DNA of 38,205 nt from Parasitella parasitica NRRL 2501. Taxonomy: Eukaryota; Fungi; Mucoromycota. The notes below the pieces were generated by a model that saw only the letters and a list, made by a program, of their open reading frames with translations, did no database searches and was not told the DNA's origin. How positions within the stretch are numbered: position 1 is the first letter of the stretch; each line of letters begins with the position of its first letter. Shown piece after piece: positions 1-15,029 of this stretch. Both the position numbers and the translations under genes were made by a program. The stretch lies in the NCBI GenBank assembly GCA_025201805.1, contig MU619379.1, forward strand, positions 40,731 to 78,935. The letters are read 5' to 3'.

Positions 1-1610
1 ATACAAAAATGGTTTTTGAGCCTCTACTATTATGCAGTATCTCAGCTATTGATTCATATGTGGACATACGGAAGGTACCTATTATAGAATCATGCTTTTC
101 TCTTCAATTGAAAATAGGTGTTGCACTCATTTACAGTGAAAAAAGAGGCTGTAGATTGAATCTCAGCACTGTGTTTCCATTTGAGCGAAACCAGTTTCGA
201 GCTTTTTTTTGCATAGTTCATTGCTGGATATCTCATAAACGCAATAGGTATATCGGATATGTGTACTAAGTGCTTTATGGCAAAAAATAAATTCTGCATC
301 CAGCCATATAAATTACAACATTACAGAAACACCTTTTCTTATTACCAATTTTCAAATATTCAAAAAACGCCTTTTTTGATAGTTTTTGAGTAAATTCAAG
401 ACAATTTGGAGCACTTGCAGCTCTATAAAGTTGACCAAACACACCATAAGGTCAATACCTACACATCAATATTTTGTTCACAACTGTGGCTTTATTTTTA
501 CTGCCAAAAATCAAAATCTTGTCTCGACCAAAATGAATCTACAATATTCCGGTCCTATGTTTAGAGGGCCAAAATGAAGCCATTCAAAAGGGTAAAAATT
601 GATTCCGTTTTTCGAGATTTTTTTACTCCAAAATTGGTATTTTTTGACCAAATAAAAATCTTTTGGTAGCTATGTTGTAGTTCTATTTTTGTATTGCTAT
701 ATCATGTATTTTTATATACCATTTATTGCTCTAAAAGTTATGAAAATAAAATAAGCGTCTGCTAAAAACATATGAAAAAATATTTTTTTCTACCTATTCA
801 TTTAAAAACTAATACATCTAGTAGAGAATCAAATTTCAAAAAGATCTTAATAATAACTCAAGCCAGAGTGTCTTAGTGGTTTGTTGAGAAACTGGGGAAC
901 AAAGTTTAACGTAAAAAGACAAAATTGGCTCAAGCTTTTCAATTTCGAGCTTAAATACAACATTTTTAAAACTAGTAGGAGTGAAAAAACGTGCTTTATT
1001 ACTTTACTTAAAGACTTGAACTTGGTTCAGTTGCAAAATATGGTACTTGTTATAAGAACATATGCGGTGAAATCTGCTACATCTGCAAAATCTAATTTTG
1101 GCATTATCTCGACAGCAAAGATAGATATCGAGAATTGGAAGACGTAGTAATGTAGAGTTATTATATTAGTATTAGCCCGCATTCTTAGTTTGGACCTCGA
1201 ATCCGTACCTAAAAATGACCCTGAAGATCGACTCAAAGTCGAAAATTGAAAATCAAATCTGAGGTTTGGGGTCCAAACATAGCAAAATCTGAAAAATGGT
1301 CAGAGATGCATGAAACTCGGATATGTTGTAGAATTGTGCAAAAAAAGAAGATTTTGGCTGAAGGTTGTGTCTCTATCACTTAATAGTTTGTAAAGATATC
1401 GGAAATTGCATTATAGGCCTTTAAGCGGGGGAAAAGGTGGTATTTATGATTAGGGGGCATTTATTTAACCAAGCCATGAAGCTACACATAAAAATAGCTT
1501 CTAAAGTCATATTTTACAGCATCTTCGCTATTGATTCATATCAAGACATAACCAGATTGTTTATGGAGCTCATGTTTTGCTCCTCAATTGAAATAGGTGC
1601 TTCACTGCTA
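1..1610. repeat. AT-rich dispersed repeat (probable non-autonomous DNA transposon), left copy
   Basis: 216-1270 is the reverse complement of 35599-36653 (the spurious ORFs 386..577+ and 36292..36483- are near-identical). 1-120 resembles ~1485-1600 (GCTATTGATTCATAT at 45 and 1527). No credible coding ORF. Confidence 0.85.
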
Positions 1611-1883
1611 GAAGCTACATTCGCAGTATCAAAATCTCGTTCAAAATAGAATCTTCGTTTTAACTTTGTTAAGTATTCATATATTTGTATTAATTAGTTT
1701 TGATTTATTTAATGCCGACTTGTCAAAAATCAAACAAACTGAAATGGAATTGAAAAAATCCAAAGAGAGCATTTGTAAGCTTTATTCCTCTTTGGATTTT
1801 GTTTATTTTGCTGTATTCTTTGTAACGGTATAGTTTGCTATATTTACTAGAGTGTCGTTTTTGTGCATTATATACATTAATTA

Positions 1884-3901
1884 TTAACTATTAGAGGGAA
1901 TTAAACGAGTGACGCGACCCAGACATTTCGATTTGCCTTCCATGAACAATATTTGAGCACCTAAACGCAAATAACAAGGTTCATACATGAATCTAAATGT
2001 ACATTTTCCTTGCTGGCCAGACGAAATTACGTTCGCTGTTGGATATGTAGATGAATTCAAGTCCAAGTCTACCATATTTTTGACCAGTTGATCATCATCA
2101 TCACCGCTGTCATTTGACGAAACAAATAATAATTTTATAACTCTTGCGTGCTGTCGTATGGACCCAGAATGAATTATACCACATGTACCCGTAGAAACAC
2201 CTGTTGCATGATATAATACCATCAAATCTGCTTCAAATTCTACGTAGCTTTCTGCTTTATCTGTTCTAATTAAAACCATGCCTTTGTGCACTTTCCAGTC
2301 ATTAAGGTGCCCCAATGCGAGCGTCACTGTCTGTCCACAGTGTACAAAAGGTACCGCCATTCTATGTTTATGGATGGATTTCACTTGTGCTTGAATGAAT
2401 TCACCTTTTGCATTAGGACCCAGATGATACGATCGCTGATCTTTGACATTGATACGACCCTGACAAAGAACACCACCAACCACAGTGCCTACATCTATAT
2501 AGAAATTAGAAATATTCACAAGAAAACTTCAAGCAATGCATACCTGGCAATATATATACATCCTCAATTTGGAATTCTGCAGGCTCTTCGAGTAACTCGT
2601 CGTAGTCCAACCGGGTAGGTTTTGGTAAACAATTGAAAAATTTGGTCAATAAATTCATGTTGGAGCCAGTGACGTTTGAAACCATAAAGATTGGCAGCTC
2701 AGGGCCTCTTCTGCCTGCAAAACGAGAGGCACAAGTAATCACATCGTTGTCGTTTTGTACAACTACCGGTACTTTTCTCATCCAAGGTGACTTCAATATG
2801 GCCAGTAAGGAGCACAACGTTCGCCGCAGTTGATCTTGTGTTGCTAGATCGCCTTTCGTGATTACAACAAAGACAGGCACATCCAACATGACGGCAATGG
2901 ACAAATGTTCTCGGGTCATATCAGAGATACTACCGGTATTACCTGCAATAACTAGACACGCATAGTCTGGAGCATAGCCCATAAGTCCAGAAATAGTAGT
3001 ACGGAGGTACTTGGGGTAGCCACATGTATCCAAGAATGCAACAATTTTACTACTGCATTCGCAAACGTGTTCCCAGGTGCTAACATTAGTGGTTGCATAG
3101 TTGATAAGTTTTCCCTCAGAGTCATATCCGATAATTTCGTGCGATATAGATGAGCTTCTGCCTGATTCTAATTCGTGCCGATGCCGCAGTAGGTTCAATC
3201 GTGCTCGTCCTCGCCCATTATCTTTGGCTCCATGTGATAAATGTCCCAAGAGTGTAGATTTTCCAGCTCCTAATCCTCCTACTAGGACAATACGAATATC
3301 CGTAAATCGCTGACTATCATCCTCATTAGGTCGTTTTCTAACTAATATCTCTGCCACTTTGCGTGTCTTTGCATTATGTATGCTGCTGCCAGGGAGTGTA
3401 AATTCTCTCAGAACGGAAACATCAGCTTCCAGCGCTTTTGCCATTTTTCGCAATGTGCTAATTGATATCTCCATCTCTTCAATAGTTAGTCCTAAATTTG
3501 AGTGTTTAAGAAAAAAAGAAAGATTCTAATTTTTTTTAGAGAGACAATTACCTTTGATGGTACCATCATCATTTACTCCAATTTCATAAAGGGCTTCTCC
3601 ATTTCCTTCAGATAACCTTTACGCACAAAATTAATCTTTCTGATCAAGTAGGATGATTTATATCAGCTTACCTCCATTTCATTTGCGTTATGAGATGTTC
3701 TAAGCGCTCAATTGAAGGATTCACCAACTTGAGCTGCATTGCACTTTAGGTTAAAAGTTTCTGCATAATAGTCAACAAAATATCCTGCAAACTTGCCTTG
3801 TATTCTATATTCCCTTCATCGTCTATTTCTGGAGGTAATGTGCCATGAGGGTAACATTTAGATAATAAAGATATTACAGATCCATCAGAGTCCTTTGCCA
3901 T
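1884..3901 (-). CDS. GTPBP2: GTPBP1/2-family translational GTPase (GTPBP2-like), spliced
   Basis: Spliced N-terminus LPPEIDDEGNIEYK|LKLVNPSIERLEHLITQMKWR|LSEGNGEALYEIGVNDDG; G1 GGLGAGKST; RHRHELESGRSSSIS; G3 DTCG; G4 TKGD; EF-Tu-like domains II/III (VGTVVGG, FEADLMVLYH, FRFMYEP). ATG at 3901; 4 introns, the first GC-AG. Confidence 0.9.
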
Positions 3902-4152
3902 TGGTATTATAAAGTATTGTTGTTTGTAATAATAAAGTAAAGAACAGTAGACAATGAATGCTTCCACATTTTATACAGTGAGAATGGTAAATTTTGTCAC
4001 TTTGAGAAAATTTAAATGTCCGTTATTATTACTCATAATGCATATACATCCTGTTGACCTTGTGATGAACAATATATATTATATATATATTACATATTGT
4101 GTATTCTTGATTAGAAGTTTATTGGTATTCTTTTATTTCGTGAAGAAACAAC

Positions 4153-5379
4153 TTAATAGCCATGTTTAGAGTCAAAATAATTGGAGGCTGCAGCCACTGT
4201 CATGCTGGTTATCAAGTCCCTATGAGCATTCTTGTCAGTCTCTTCTTCTGAACCTCGTTCTTGTAACAACTTGACGAGCTATATCAGAGAAAATCATCAG
4301 TCAAAATATGTGATAAAGATATTATATGTATGATATTACCTCTTTAACAGCATAACTAGCGATCAGCTTTTTGGCAGTAGCATGATGCACTTCTTCTCCA
4401 TCTTCTTTTTGCTTCTTTTCCCAAATATTGACAGCTTCATAAGCAGCAGCAGCAGCAATAAGTTCATAACTGTGTAGGCTTTAGATCAAGTATGTGAATT
4501 AGCATCGTGAAAATCTTTTAACCTTTACCTGGCCTTTGACTTTTTCTCCTTGTACACTTTCTTGTTGGCTTCTTCCAGTTCTTTTTCGGATAAAACTTCA
4601 CGTTTTTTGTGTCCCCAGCCCTCCCATTTACCAAACCAGGCCTTCATACGTTCGCGCTTACTATCATCTTCATCTTCATCATCTGAATCAATCATTTTTC
4701 GAGGGTCTGCTAGCTCGATAGTCCAAAGTTGGTTTTTGGCTTCTTCTAAAGGCTTCTTTTTATAGACCATTACACGAGCATCTTCGTTGATATCTTCATG
4801 ACGGATGTCGACAACTAGATCAGGGTCGGATAAAGCATAGATGTAGCCGGTCTCGGCTTCATATCCGAAGCGTTGGTCGTTAGCCTAATAATTCAAAAGT
4901 ATACATATTGCGTTAGTAGATGTTGCAATATGGCATTAAGCTACTAACGGCATCTTGCTCTTTCATTTTATCCAGGTAAAGACGACATTCTTTCGTGATA
5001 ATGGCTGAAAAAGAACGGGTTAGTGCTTGATATTCCCAGCCCATGTAAAAAGTAGACTTTTACCAAGAAAGCTTTCTGATCTGTTGATATCCAAAACAAG
5101 ACCTTCTTCCTTGTTAGTCAAGAAACCATCTTGGTGAATCCACAGTTGAGCGTCTCTTTCAGGGGAGACAGGCTTCTTGGTAGCCATGACAACTTTTGGA
5201 TGCGATCTATATAGGTGTTGGAGAGCGAATGTTGAATAACAAAAGAAGATGGACCATTAGGATGGGCATACTTACATTGAGCCTTCAGGGCTGCCTCGAA
5301 TATCAAGAACGAGACCATTCAGTTTAGAAACAATGTAAAAGTATCCCAAAGGAAAAGCAGTGTTTCCAGGTACAGTCAT
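4153..5379 (-). CDS. Ricin B-type (CBM13) lectin domain protein with C-terminal CipC/DUF3759-like domain, spliced
   Basis: Manual splice: MTVPGNTAFPLGYFYIVSKLNGLVLDI...DAQLWIHQDGFLTNKEEGLVLDI...NDQRFGY...DLVVDIR...NQLWTIE (ricin VLD/QxW repeats), then SYELIAAAAAYEAVNIWEKKQKEDGEEVHHATAKKLIASYA (CipC-like) ending FDSKHGY*. Mostly missed by the ORF track. Confidence 0.75.
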
Positions 5380-5716
5380 TTTCTTTTGCAGTTAAAGAAT
5401 AAAAAGAAAAAAAAAAAGGGGGGGGGGAGGGAAGGATGGGGATTCTCATATCAATCAAGCTTTTTGAATGTAGCACATTGCATATAGACAGCTAAGCCAA
5501 GAGGATAGACTAATACAGAAAGTTTAGACTTTCCTTCTCTATATGACAACATCCTCTCAATATTTAGCCATGTTTCACAATCCTTCTTTAAGCTTACGAA
5601 CCAGACAGATGTTACCCTCATTGTGACTCCACGATTATGTAGCCATCAAATATCATTTCGCGTTGTACGTGGTTTACCGCGTTTCTCTCTCTCTCTCTTT
5701 TTATTTTTTAAACGTC

Positions 5717-9931
<4,215 letters not shown>

Positions 9932-10026
9932 TCAAGTCAAGTGTAACAACAATAAATCCATATATAAAAAATTTTTTTTTTTTTGTTTATTATCGATTGC
10001 TATATGTATTTGTATATATTGTGTAT

Positions 10027-10416
10027 TTACATAAAGAATATGGCTCCTTTTGCTCTTTCCTTTTCATTAAATTCAAAAGGAAAAGCCATTACCAACAAGT
10101 TTTCATGGTCTCTATCGTTTTCTTCCATCAACGAGTCTTGATCTTCTTCTACCATTAATTCATCAAAGCAGGTATCCAACCATATCTGCTCTTCTTGGAT
10201 CAACTGGTTTGCTTTGATTAGACTGGAAGACAAAAGTAGTACATTTCTTATTAATAATTGATGTCGTAAAGTGTTTTTTGTTGAGTTTAATTTATAAACA
10301 GATATTTCTGCTAGATGATAAAGGTTTTCATAGTAATCTTGCTGAGATTGTTGGGATTGTTGGGATTGTTGGGATTGCTGCGATTGATGAGTTTGCTGTA
10401 GTTCTTCTTCATTCAT
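10027..10416 (-). CDS. Small acidic protein with SERTA-like motif
   Basis: Intronless 129-aa ORF; LYHLAEISVYKL...LRHQLLIRNVL resembles the SERTA consensus (SLxKL...LRRSVLIxNTL); acidic tail; SQQ repeats from a 9-bp microsatellite. Confidence 0.6.
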   Translation of the reverse strand: MNEEELQQTHQSQQSQQSQQSQQSQQDYYENLYHLAEISVYKLNSTKNTLRHQLLIRNVLLLSSSLIKANQLIQEEQIWLDTCFDELMVEEDQDSLMEENDRDHENLLVMAFPFEFNEKERAKGAIFFM

Positions 10417-10911
10417 CTCATCATAGATTGATTTTTATATTTTGTAATATGAAATATAAAAATGAGAAGAGAGATAAGAAACTAGGGAAAAAAACCAATG
10501 TTTAAATAATCTTTTTAAAAAAAAAGGAGTGAATCACCATATCTATGCATCGTGATATTCATTAATTCAAGTTTTGCGTTAATTGTTGCTCATCTTTACA
10601 CAACATGATTCGCTCATATTCGTCAACACCATTGGTTCTTTTTAAACTATTTTATCACTTTTGGCAATAGTGTGAATACATGATCAGGCAAATGATCGCT
10701 GTCAAAAAATAAATCTCCCAGTTTCCCTTCCAAACGTGTGTGCCACAATCGTAATTTTTCGTGGATGAGAGAGTCAAGTTTTTTATTTTATTTTCATATA
10801 GACATAGAATGTGCTTAAATGGCGTAACTCTCGTCTCCTTTCATATCCATTGACAGAGTGAGATTTCTATTATTATCTCACGTGTGATGGGTTTTTGCCC
10901 TTCCCCTGATG

Positions 10912-12410
10912 TTAGTAATACGTCCACCAATTCCAATTTTGATAACAAATAAATAATGATAAAATGATAGATAAAGCAATCCAAAATGGAGAGTGTGTCA
11001 TGGGGTGCATTTGTGCTGGTATATGTTGTAGTGCTCCTGCTGATGGCGATGGTGGCAGTGATGATCGCTGGAGCTGTTGGTATCTGACAAGTAATTTGTT
11101 TTCGCTGTCTAGTTGTACGAGTGAACCAATTTCTTTTAAAATCAACTCGCTTCTTCGTTCCTTGCTTAATGTTTGAATTTCTTGTTTCAATTTTTGTTCT
11201 TGAAGAAGCATTTCTTTCTCCATACTACGGCGTCTTTCGCTTACATATTGTGAAATGCGTATATTATGCTTTTGTTGCTCTTGCTGAAGCGAAGAAGAAG
11301 AAGAAGTGGTGGTGGTAGTGGTGGCCGTAGATGAGGAATTGGTCGAAAATGAGTTGCATAATTGTTTCCACACCATAAATTTCTGCGTTGTGTCTGATCT
11401 GAGCAGTTTTGACTGTATTAAAGCTTGTTTTATATATACTAGTCCATGAAATGAAGATCTTTTGTTAGTAGACCAGTCCAGCACAAAAGGAGGACAATAA
11501 GGGTGCGACAGAGGCTGTTTACAGGCGGAAAGAAGATCTTCAAATGTATCGTAACCAAGGCGATTAATTTTGATTGAGTTCTGTTGTATCGTTTTTAAAA
11601 TCGCTGTTCTTTGTTCGATCATTGCTTCTGGTTTAAGGGAAAGGTCAGGCTGAATGATCACGGGTATAATGTTGACCAGGTCATGAATTGATCGCATGTA
11701 TTCTATATCGACTTGTTTTAGGCGTCCCATAATGAGGTAAAGACAGGCGTCAACATGACAAAGTGCATCACTGGATTGATTTACCATAAAAGACAGCATT
11801 TCGTCCTGTATGCTATTGTTGAACAGTTGTGTTGTCTTTTCAAATTGCGTTTCAAGATATGATTTAACATGAGAGAATACAATCTCGGCCTATAATAAAT
11901 GTGCCTGTATTAAAATCAAGAATCTAGACACACACCAGAATATGTGTGCTGTTTTACCCTAAGTAATGCACCATAACCACAAGTATCTATGACACAAAAA
12001 TCTGAATTCTTGGATAGCACTTCGATAGGTTTGAGCATTGGACTAGTTGGATGGTCCCCCTCGGGTATGGGTGTTGTAGATGTTAGAGCGTGAACCAATG
12101 ATGTCTTTCCAATGCCTATTTGTAATAGAAGTTTTGATTAAAATCAAAGTCAAGCTTGTTGCTATATACAACAGTTACCTGAATCACCGCAGACTATCAG
12201 CCGGAATTGGTGATGTGTTTGATCTAATGATTTGACCTTTGGTGTTACCAATACGTTCATGCTTTTACTGTCATGTTGACGTTTTGCATCAGTTTGCTTT
12301 CGATACTGCGAGAATTGATGTTGGAATTTCTTTGGTTCAGTGGATTCGTTTATGCTGATGATACCGAAATTAAATTCTTTCGATTGATGGTCTACTGATG
12401 AAATTGACAT
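10912..12410 (-). CDS. Septin-like P-loop GTPase with coiled coil and C-terminal transmembrane helix, 2 introns
   Basis: Spliced FRLIVCGDSG|IGKTSLVHAL (G1), VIDTCGYG (G3), HVDACLYLI, DIEYMRSIHDLVNIIPVIIQPD (septin G4 region); C-terminal FWIALSIILSLFICY hydrophobic segment. Confidence 0.75.
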
Positions 12411-12584
12411 GAAGGATGTGCTGCGGATCCAATTCTACTTTTTGATATGCAAACAAGGGGAATTTATAAAGAGAAAAGAAGAAAAAAAAAAAAAGTGAAA
12501 GGTGGAAAAAGGAGCCAAATATATACGGTATATCAACGTTGAAGAACATTATGCAAATCACATGATTGAAATGATGATCACACG

Positions 12585-13005
12585 CTAATTTTTATTTATG
12601 GATTCTTTGATATTGTCTACAAGGTGCTTATTCCATAAACCAGCAACCTTGGATCCAATGTCTACCTTAACCAAAGATTGCGCTGCACTCATGATTTGCG
12701 CATTCCAAGAGTCCTTCACTGCAGGTAAATTTAATTAAACACACGCTATCTGACCCTCACATGGATCTAAACATGCAAATATTACCTGATGGCACTAGTC
12801 GGTTGGACATATATTTTTGAGAGTCGGATATGTAACTCCTGCTACTACCAAAAGTGGGGTCAATTACTGCTTTCTCCAGCGTGGATTTGGCATCTTCTAA
12901 ACGAGTTTTGATATCATTTTGATCTTGTGATAAGTCGCTTTTAAACTTGTATGTAATTGCTGTAGCAGCAGCTAATCCTGTGAGCAATGGAACAAATCTA
13001 GGCAT
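12585..13005 (-). CDS. MICOS subunit Mic12/Aim5-like small mitochondrial protein, 1 intron
   Basis: N-terminal hydrophobic anchor MPRFVPLLTGLAAATAITY; spliced ...RLVPS|VKDSWNAQI with the K-x-x-W-N motif typical of Mic12; stop TAG at 12585-12587. Confidence 0.6.
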
Positions 13006-14317
13006 TCTGCTTTTTTATTTTGAATGAAGAAAAGGAAAAGAGTCTCGAGTCCCGTCCCTCCATCTCTTTTTGCCACCGTATGTGGTGTTTCCTGGTTGTT
13101 ACTCCACACCATTTTTGATGACGGCATCTCGTTGGACTATATTGCCCATTACACACTGAATTTCAATTCATCTCCTCATACCTTATGCATACATTTGTGA
13201 ATAGTGAGGGAAGGACAGATTCTAATTGACAGTCAAAACGGATCTACAGATGTACGGCATTTCCATGATGTTCATGCCGATATTACATGTAATATATTCA
13301 TGAAACATGTGCCAGCAATGCGCACGGATTACAGGTACCACTAAGATGTCTGACATGAGTAGGGTGATTCAATTGTATTGCATGTGCCGCTTTAAAAAGG
13401 GAGAGGGGGGGGGGAACGGTCTTCAAGTGTCTGCATTGGGGTGTAAAATGACCAAAGATGTGTTTTGTAGTTGTTTAAAAATAAACTGTATATTTGGGAA
13501 AGATGCAGTAGATTCGTGGTTTTACATTCGCTGCATCTTGTTACATTTGATTAAACCTTGTTTTAAATACTCCCCAGTCTTCATTATTAGATTCATTGTA
13601 GGTCGTTTCATTCTTTATGATCATGAGATGACGCATGAAAAAGTTGAATATTCTGATCAGTTTTTGGCGATTGCTTGGCCTCAAGACTTGATTAACTGAA
13701 GACAAGCTGCAAGTTTGTCTTGAACCCGCAATACTGTTCTCATTGGGAATCCATGTTTATGTGAATGCAACAGTCGGAATAGAAGGTGGCCCTGTAAAAA
13801 TGTGCCATCATACATGACATAAATCTTGTGATTGATTTTTACATTGTATTTGAAAAACCAGCAATTTCAGAATGTAGAAATGGTTTATTAGCTCAAGGTA
13901 GCTCATCCTGGCAAAGTCCAAAAGCGGTAGTTACTTTCTGGAACATTATTCTCGACTTTTTTTGATCAATCAAAAAAACATGGTCGATTACGAGAGGGTA
14001 TCACCCTCATGAACTATTTGAAAATTTGAAATTGTGCAACAAAACCATGCTGTTTGTGATGGTGGTAGAGTATAGTTTTAAAAGGTCACCACAAGTAGTG
14101 CTCCAGGCTGTCCGCCTGCTTTACGTCTGGAGTAAAAAATATGAATGTTTGGTGAAACATGGCCCCATTTATCAGAAAGTTTACGTTCTTTAAACAGTAG
14201 TATTTTTTGCAAGAACATCGTCTCGAATTTATCTTTTACAATCACATTTTGGTGGTAGTGATAATCTCAAGCCAGCGGTAGTATGAGATTCTGCAGGCGC
14301 CTTTATTTTATTACAAG

Positions 14318-14875
14318 CTAGTCTTTTGGGCAGGTTTGACATTCCTCTGGGTTCTGTTGGTCAGTTTTCCGATCAGAATGGCCCAACGATTTGTTTGGGG
14401 CAATAATTTCCTTTACAAGTTGTTTCTAATACATCTTGTTAAACAATATACACAAGTCGCAGAATATTAAATGTTACCAATTCTTTCATTTCAGGGAACC
14501 TATGCGTTATCTTTCTATCCCAAATAACAGCTATACATATAAACGTGTTTAATGTCATCTGGAGACAAGATAAAGCAGTAGTCCAACTTACCATCATTTA
14601 CTTTGACAGTAAAGATACCAACGCCTCCAGGTATTAACGCAAACTCCCCAATCTCATTTTCAAATGTTGTGAGTAATTCTTGGCCCATCCACGCTACAAT
14701 ATTCACAGTCGGAGGTGAGTGAGAACATATATGCTGTGTACATCTTGTTTACCTGCGCGCATCATCCAACGACATTTAGGACAATACTATGTATGTTTAG
14801 TTTTTAATTGTACTGCGGCAGTATGCAATAATTTACTTCAATAGACACTCTTGGCTTAGTAACTTGTTCAGCCAT
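14318..14875 (-). CDS. Rdx family (SelW/SelT/SelH-like) redoxin, Cys-containing, 4 introns
   Basis: Manual splice: MAEQVTKPRVSIE|YCPKCRWMMRA|AWMGQELLTTFENEIGEFALIPGGVGIFTVKVND|AVIWDRKITHRFPEMKEL|KQLVKEIIAPNKSLGHSDRKTDQQNPEECQTCPKD*. Classic Rdx motifs (IEYCxxC, AWxxQELLxTF, WDRK...FPE, LGHSD). Confidence 0.9.
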
Positions 14876-15029
14876 TTTACGACTTGGGTATTTGGAGAAA
14901 ACTAAAAAAACCAAAATTGTTATTGCTTCAACATTCAGACGGGTAGGAGCGCTGGAACAGTCCCTTCTCAAGGGTTTCAATTCCTTTGGCATCGCTGTCC
15001 GTCGACTATTTCGTCTTCTTTCCTAAACA

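Noticed and set aside
9-1649. Short ORFs in the terminal repeats (also 36292-36992)
   Set aside because: No motifs, AT-rich, many non-ATG starts; their duplication only reflects the repeat.
14318-14875. Selenoprotein (UGA recoding)
   Set aside because: The active site is TGT-CCT-AAA-TGT (CPKC) and there is no in-frame TGA in the spliced model.
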